DNA of 64,000 nucleotides from Dehalococcoidia bacterium (GTDB lineage Bacteria; Chloroflexota; Dehalococcoidia; GIF9; UBA5629): NCBI GenBank assembly GCA_050011565.1, contig JBEKIW010000002.1, positions 320,001 to 384,000 of the forward strand, read 5' to 3'. Shown piece by piece: positions 60,725 to 64,000 of this stretch (position 1 is its first letter; each line of letters starts with the position of its first letter). The notes under the pieces were generated by a model. It saw only the letters and a program-made list of their open reading frames with translations, ran no database searches and was not told where the DNA came from. The position numbers and the translations under genes were made by a program.

Positions 60725-61627
60725 ATGAAGAAGTTTGGTCGATTGCTCACAGCAATGGTTACCCCCTTTGATGCTAAGGGTGAAGTTGATTATGCGCAGG
60801 CTAAAAAGCTGGCTAAAGCCCTGCTCGATTCAGGCAGTGATGGGCTTGTTGTCTCGGGCACTACCGGGGAAAGCCCAACGCTGACTACTGCGGAAAAGCT
60901 GAAGCTTTTTGCTGAGGTTAAGTCAGCAGTTGGTAACAGGGGCGCGGTTATAGCCGGCACCGGTAATTACAGTACAGCAGAGAGCATAGAGCTGACCAAA
61001 GAAGCGGAGAAGACTGGCGTCGATGGCTGTCTTCTGGTGGTGCCCTACTATAACCGTCCTACCCAGGATGGTTTATACGAACATTTTAGGGCCATCGCCG
61101 GGGCAACGAATCTACCATGCATCGTGTACAACGTGCCGTCGCGCACTGTTACCAGCCTGGCTGCTGAGACCTGCATCAAGCTTAGCCAGATCGATAATAT
61201 CATCGGAGTAAAGGAGGCCAGTGCTAATCTTGAGCAGATAGCCAAGATTATACAGGGAGCAAGAAAAGGCTTCCTCGTTTACAGTGGTAATGATGGCGAC
61301 ACATTTCCTATCTTATGTTTGGGTGGCTATGGAGTTATCAGTGTGATTTCACATCTGGTTGGGCTTCAGTTTAAGCAGATGATAGATGATTACATCCAGG
61401 GAAAGATCGATAAGGCGGCAGCGGCTCATCGGAATTTGCTTCCTTTTGTTAATGCCATGTTTGTCGTTGCCAATCCAATACCGGTAAAATATGCTTTGAA
61501 TCATGCAGGTTTTTCTGTAGGCAAGACGCGCTTACCGCTTACTGAACCTGACGATAAATCCAGGGCTGTCATTGAGCAGGCTTTGAAGAGCTACAAGATT
61601 GACTTGCCGATATCTGCTAAAGCTTAA
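60725..61627 (+). CDS. dapA: 4-hydroxy-tetrahydrodipicolinate synthase
   Basis: TAMVTPF, GTTGE, PYYN, YNVPSRT, GVKEA. Confidence 0.96.
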   Translation: MKKFGRLLTAMVTPFDAKGEVDYAQAKKLAKALLDSGSDGLVVSGTTGESPTLTTAEKLKLFAEVKSAVGNRGAVIAGTGNYSTAESIELTKEAEKTGVDGCLLVVPYYNRPTQDGLYEHFRAIAGATNLPCIVYNVPSRTVTSLAAETCIKLSQIDNIIGVKEASANLEQIAKIIQGARKGFLVYSGNDGDTFPILCLGGYGVISVISHLVGLQFKQMIDDYIQGKIDKAAAAHRNLLPFVNAMFVVANPIPVKYALNHAGFSVGKTRLPLTEPDDKSRAVIEQALKSYKIDLPISAKA

Positions 61628-61641
61628 GCTTGGATTTACAG

Positions 61642-62124
61642 TTACAAAATCTGCAAGGATTGTTCGAAGTTCATTACTCGAGGTGGCTTTCTACCCCTTT
61701 TTAAATCGATAATGTGCCCTTCTTCTTCCAAACGATTAGCTTGAGCTTGCACACCGCCGGGAAACCTTTCGTTCAAGCTGCCGTCCGCCCTGACCACACG
61801 CCAGTAGGGCGTTACCTCTTTTTTCCCGCTCCTTAAGTCTTCTTCGGCCACTTCGGCTACAATGCGCAGGAAGATACCGGTTGTCAAAGGACAACAGCAA
61901 TTGGCTTGGGCGTCTCTGGCTAATTTGTCTCTGATTTGAATCACAGTTGCCAGTTTTCCCTTGGGGACTCTGTGAATTAATGCATCTATATCCAGCGGCT
62001 TGGGGATAAGCATTTTCCCGACCAGGAATCTGTTTTGCATTTTAGGCGGAACATCAACTACTTTTCCATGCTCAGGATGTTTTTCCTCTAGCTTCTGCCG
62101 CCATGTTTTACGCATTTTAGGCAT
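61642..62124 (-). CDS. MGMT/ATL-family DNA-binding protein (alkyltransferase-like)
   Basis: VPKGKL.T, TPYWRVV..DG, Q...L..EG; the PCHR Cys is replaced. Confidence 0.75.
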   Translation of the reverse strand: MPKMRKTWRQKLEEKHPEHGKVVDVPPKMQNRFLVGKMLIPKPLDIDALIHRVPKGKLATVIQIRDKLARDAQANCCCPLTTGIFLRIVAEVAEEDLRSGKKEVTPYWRVVRADGSLNERFPGGVQAQANRLEEEGHIIDLKRGRKPPRVMNFEQSLQIL

Positions 62125-62170
62125 AATCTTATCTCCTTTTACAAAGATTTGCCTGAAACCTTTGCAGGTC

Positions 62171-63454
62171 TTATATAATTTGTTTGACCATTATTGACTG
62201 GTCTCGATTAGCACCGACGGAGATAATGCTGACAGGGCAGGAGAGAAGTTCCTCAAGCCTGGCGATATATTGGCGGGCTTGGGCAGGCAGTTGCTTGTGG
62301 TGACGTATATCGCTTATTGGTATCCGCCAACCTGCTAATTCCTCATACACCGGTTGACATTTATCCAGAATATCAATATCGCTGGGAAAGTCCTTTATAA
62401 TATTTCCGTTTAATTTATAGCCGGTGCATATTTTCACTGAGTCGAGTGCGTCCAGGACATCGAGACGGGTTAGGGCTATACCGGTAAAACCATTGACTTG
62501 AGCGCTGAAGCGTCCGGCTACAGCATCGAACCAGCCGCAGCGGCGTGGCCTACCGGTAGTAGCCCCGTATTCGTGAGCTCGTTCTCTGATGAATTCACCG
62601 ATTTTATCCTTAAGCTCTGTAGGCATAGGCCCACCGCCCACCCTTGTGGTGTAAGCCTTGAAAACACCTATAATTTGGTCAAGTTGCCTGACATTTATCC
62701 CGGAGCCCGTAGAGCTGCCGGCAGCCATAGGCGAAGATGAGGTGACATAGGGATAGGTGCCAAAGTCAGGGTCCAACATAGTACCCTGAGCTCCTTCTAA
62801 TATAATAGGCTGTTTCCGGGATATCATGTCCTGGATTACAGGTTCGGTATCTCGAATGAACGGAGTTAGCCGTTCAGCATAAGAGCAGTATTGTTCGTAA
62901 ATCTCTTCCAGAGATAACGGTGCGACGTTGTATATTTTGGTCAAGATGGCATTTTTGGTTTCCAGGATTTGGCTAAGTCGAGACCGAAATTTCTTTTTGT
63001 TGAGCAGGTCACAGGTTCGGATTCCAAGGCGAGCTATCTTGTCAGCGAAAACAGGACCAATGCCTTTACGTGTAGTGCCTATAGCTCCTTCGCCTCGACG
63101 TTCCTCTTCCAAGCCATCAAAGAGCGTGTGATACGGCATTATTAAGTGTGCCCGGTCACTGATGAACAGGTGGCTGGTATCAACGTTGTGTTTCTGGAGG
63201 TTATCAATTTCTTCCAGCAGTATGACCGGGTTAACCGCTACACCGTTGCCTATGATGCAGACTACTCCCGGGTGGAATATACCTGAGGGAACGAGATGAA
63301 GTTTAAACTCACCGCAAGGGTTGATTACTGTATGTCCGGCATTATCGCCTCCTGAAAAGCGGACTACCGCTTTTGCCTTCTCCGCCAGGAGGTCGACTAT
63401 TTTCCCTTTGCCCTCGTCTCCCCATTGGGCGCCAATAATTGCTACTACCGACAT
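62171..63454 (-). CDS. purA: Adenylosuccinate synthetase
   Basis: QWGDEGKGK, NAGHT, EGAQG, TTGRPRRCGW. Confidence 0.97.
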   Translation of the reverse strand: MSVVAIIGAQWGDEGKGKIVDLLAEKAKAVVRFSGGDNAGHTVINPCGEFKLHLVPSGIFHPGVVCIIGNGVAVNPVILLEEIDNLQKHNVDTSHLFISDRAHLIMPYHTLFDGLEEERRGEGAIGTTRKGIGPVFADKIARLGIRTCDLLNKKKFRSRLSQILETKNAILTKIYNVAPLSLEEIYEQYCSYAERLTPFIRDTEPVIQDMISRKQPIILEGAQGTMLDPDFGTYPYVTSSSPMAAGSSTGSGINVRQLDQIIGVFKAYTTRVGGGPMPTELKDKIGEFIRERAHEYGATTGRPRRCGWFDAVAGRFSAQVNGFTGIALTRLDVLDALDSVKICTGYKLNGNIIKDFPSDIDILDKCQPVYEELAGWRIPISDIRHHKQLPAQARQYIARLEELLSCPVSIISVGANRDQSIMVKQII

Positions 63455-63520
63455 TATCTTTTTTGTTTGCTCTGCGTGAAAGTTTAAGTTGACTCTAAGT
63501 ACTAATAAACAGCCTCGACC

Positions 63521-63709
63521 TCACACTCGCGACATGTAGTTCTTGCCCCAGAAGTAGAGCAAAGCCCCGCCACCCCCAATCCAAACCACCAGGCCAATAA
63601 TTATTACCCAGACAAGGCCAAGTATACCAAAGATACCTCCGAGCAACATCCATAGTAGAGCCACAATGCTGAGAGCTATCAGACTCCGTTCAAATGCCTT
63701 TTCACTCAT
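63521..63709 (-). CDS. Small membrane protein
   Basis: Two hydrophobic segments; co-oriented between the CDP-alcohol transferase and purA. Confidence 0.6.
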   Translation of the reverse strand: MSEKAFERSLIALSIVALLWMLLGGIFGILGLVWVIIIGLVVWIGGGGALLYFWGKNYMSRV

Positions 63710-63732
63710 GATATTCAAGTTTGTTTATAGCT

Positions 63733-64000
63733 TTATTGGGCTTTTGTTTGCCGCCACACATATACAAGCCGTTGCACCACGGTAATGAAGCCAAACACTA
63801 CCAAAAGCAGTAAAGCGATGAAAATGCTAAATTTGTATAAGGGGCTAAAGAGCAGCCCGAGCGCCAGTATTATAACTCTCTCAGTCCTGGTAAACAACCC
63901 GATGGGGCAGTTTATGCCAAGTCCTTCGGCTCTAGCCCGTACATAACTGGTGAGCAATGAAACAATCAAGGCTAGGAAGATAAGTACAATTTCTGTACTA
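63733..64000 (-). CDS. CDP-alcohol phosphatidyltransferase, C-terminal part (truncated by window)
   Basis: SY.RARAEGLG....G...R.ER...T..QR. Confidence 0.85.
   Translation of the reverse strand, partial: STEIVLIFLALIVSLLTSYVRARAEGLGINCPIGLFTRTERVIILALGLLFSPLYKFSIFIALLLLVVFGFITVVQRLVYVWRQTKAQ

Overview
Bacterial chromosomal window, most likely from an anaerobic Chloroflexota (Dehalococcoidia-like) genome. This is inferred from a MesB-type methionine synthase beside mtnP/mtnA, a choice-of-anchor-U/CARDB surface protein, a DUF5667-type anti-sigma and the overall gene style. Housekeeping blocks (mtnA-mtnP-mesB, eno-queF-gap, ligA-pth, dnaX-ybaB-recR-recO, rpsO-pnp-dapB-asd-dapA, purA) alternate with accessory genes. 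Four features stand out. (1) A 3,388-bp non-autonomous transposon (27854-31241) has 73-bp perfect terminal inverted repeats and a 9-bp target duplication in the loop of a REP-like palindrome. It carries a large papain-like cysteine peptidase, an unannotated 56-aa basic peptide, a ribbon-helix-helix protein and a truncated DDE transposase, and is a candidate new mobile toxin/defence module. (2) An AT-rich island (about 4440-8190) inside the methionine-salvage cluster has an 83%-identical 66-bp leader in front of each of two nuclease-containing cassettes (PD-(D/E)XK; membrane-anchored HNH). (3) A roughly 13-kb PerR/Fur-headed redox-stress cluster includes a UGA/SECIS selenocysteine glutaredoxin missed by the ORF track, a rubrerythrin-thioesterase fusion and a single-chain tandem bacterioferritin-like protein. 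(4) Several small ORFs under 60 aa are absent from the track. No rRNA, tRNA or CRISPR array was recognised. All family assignments come from motif recognition by eye, not from database searches.
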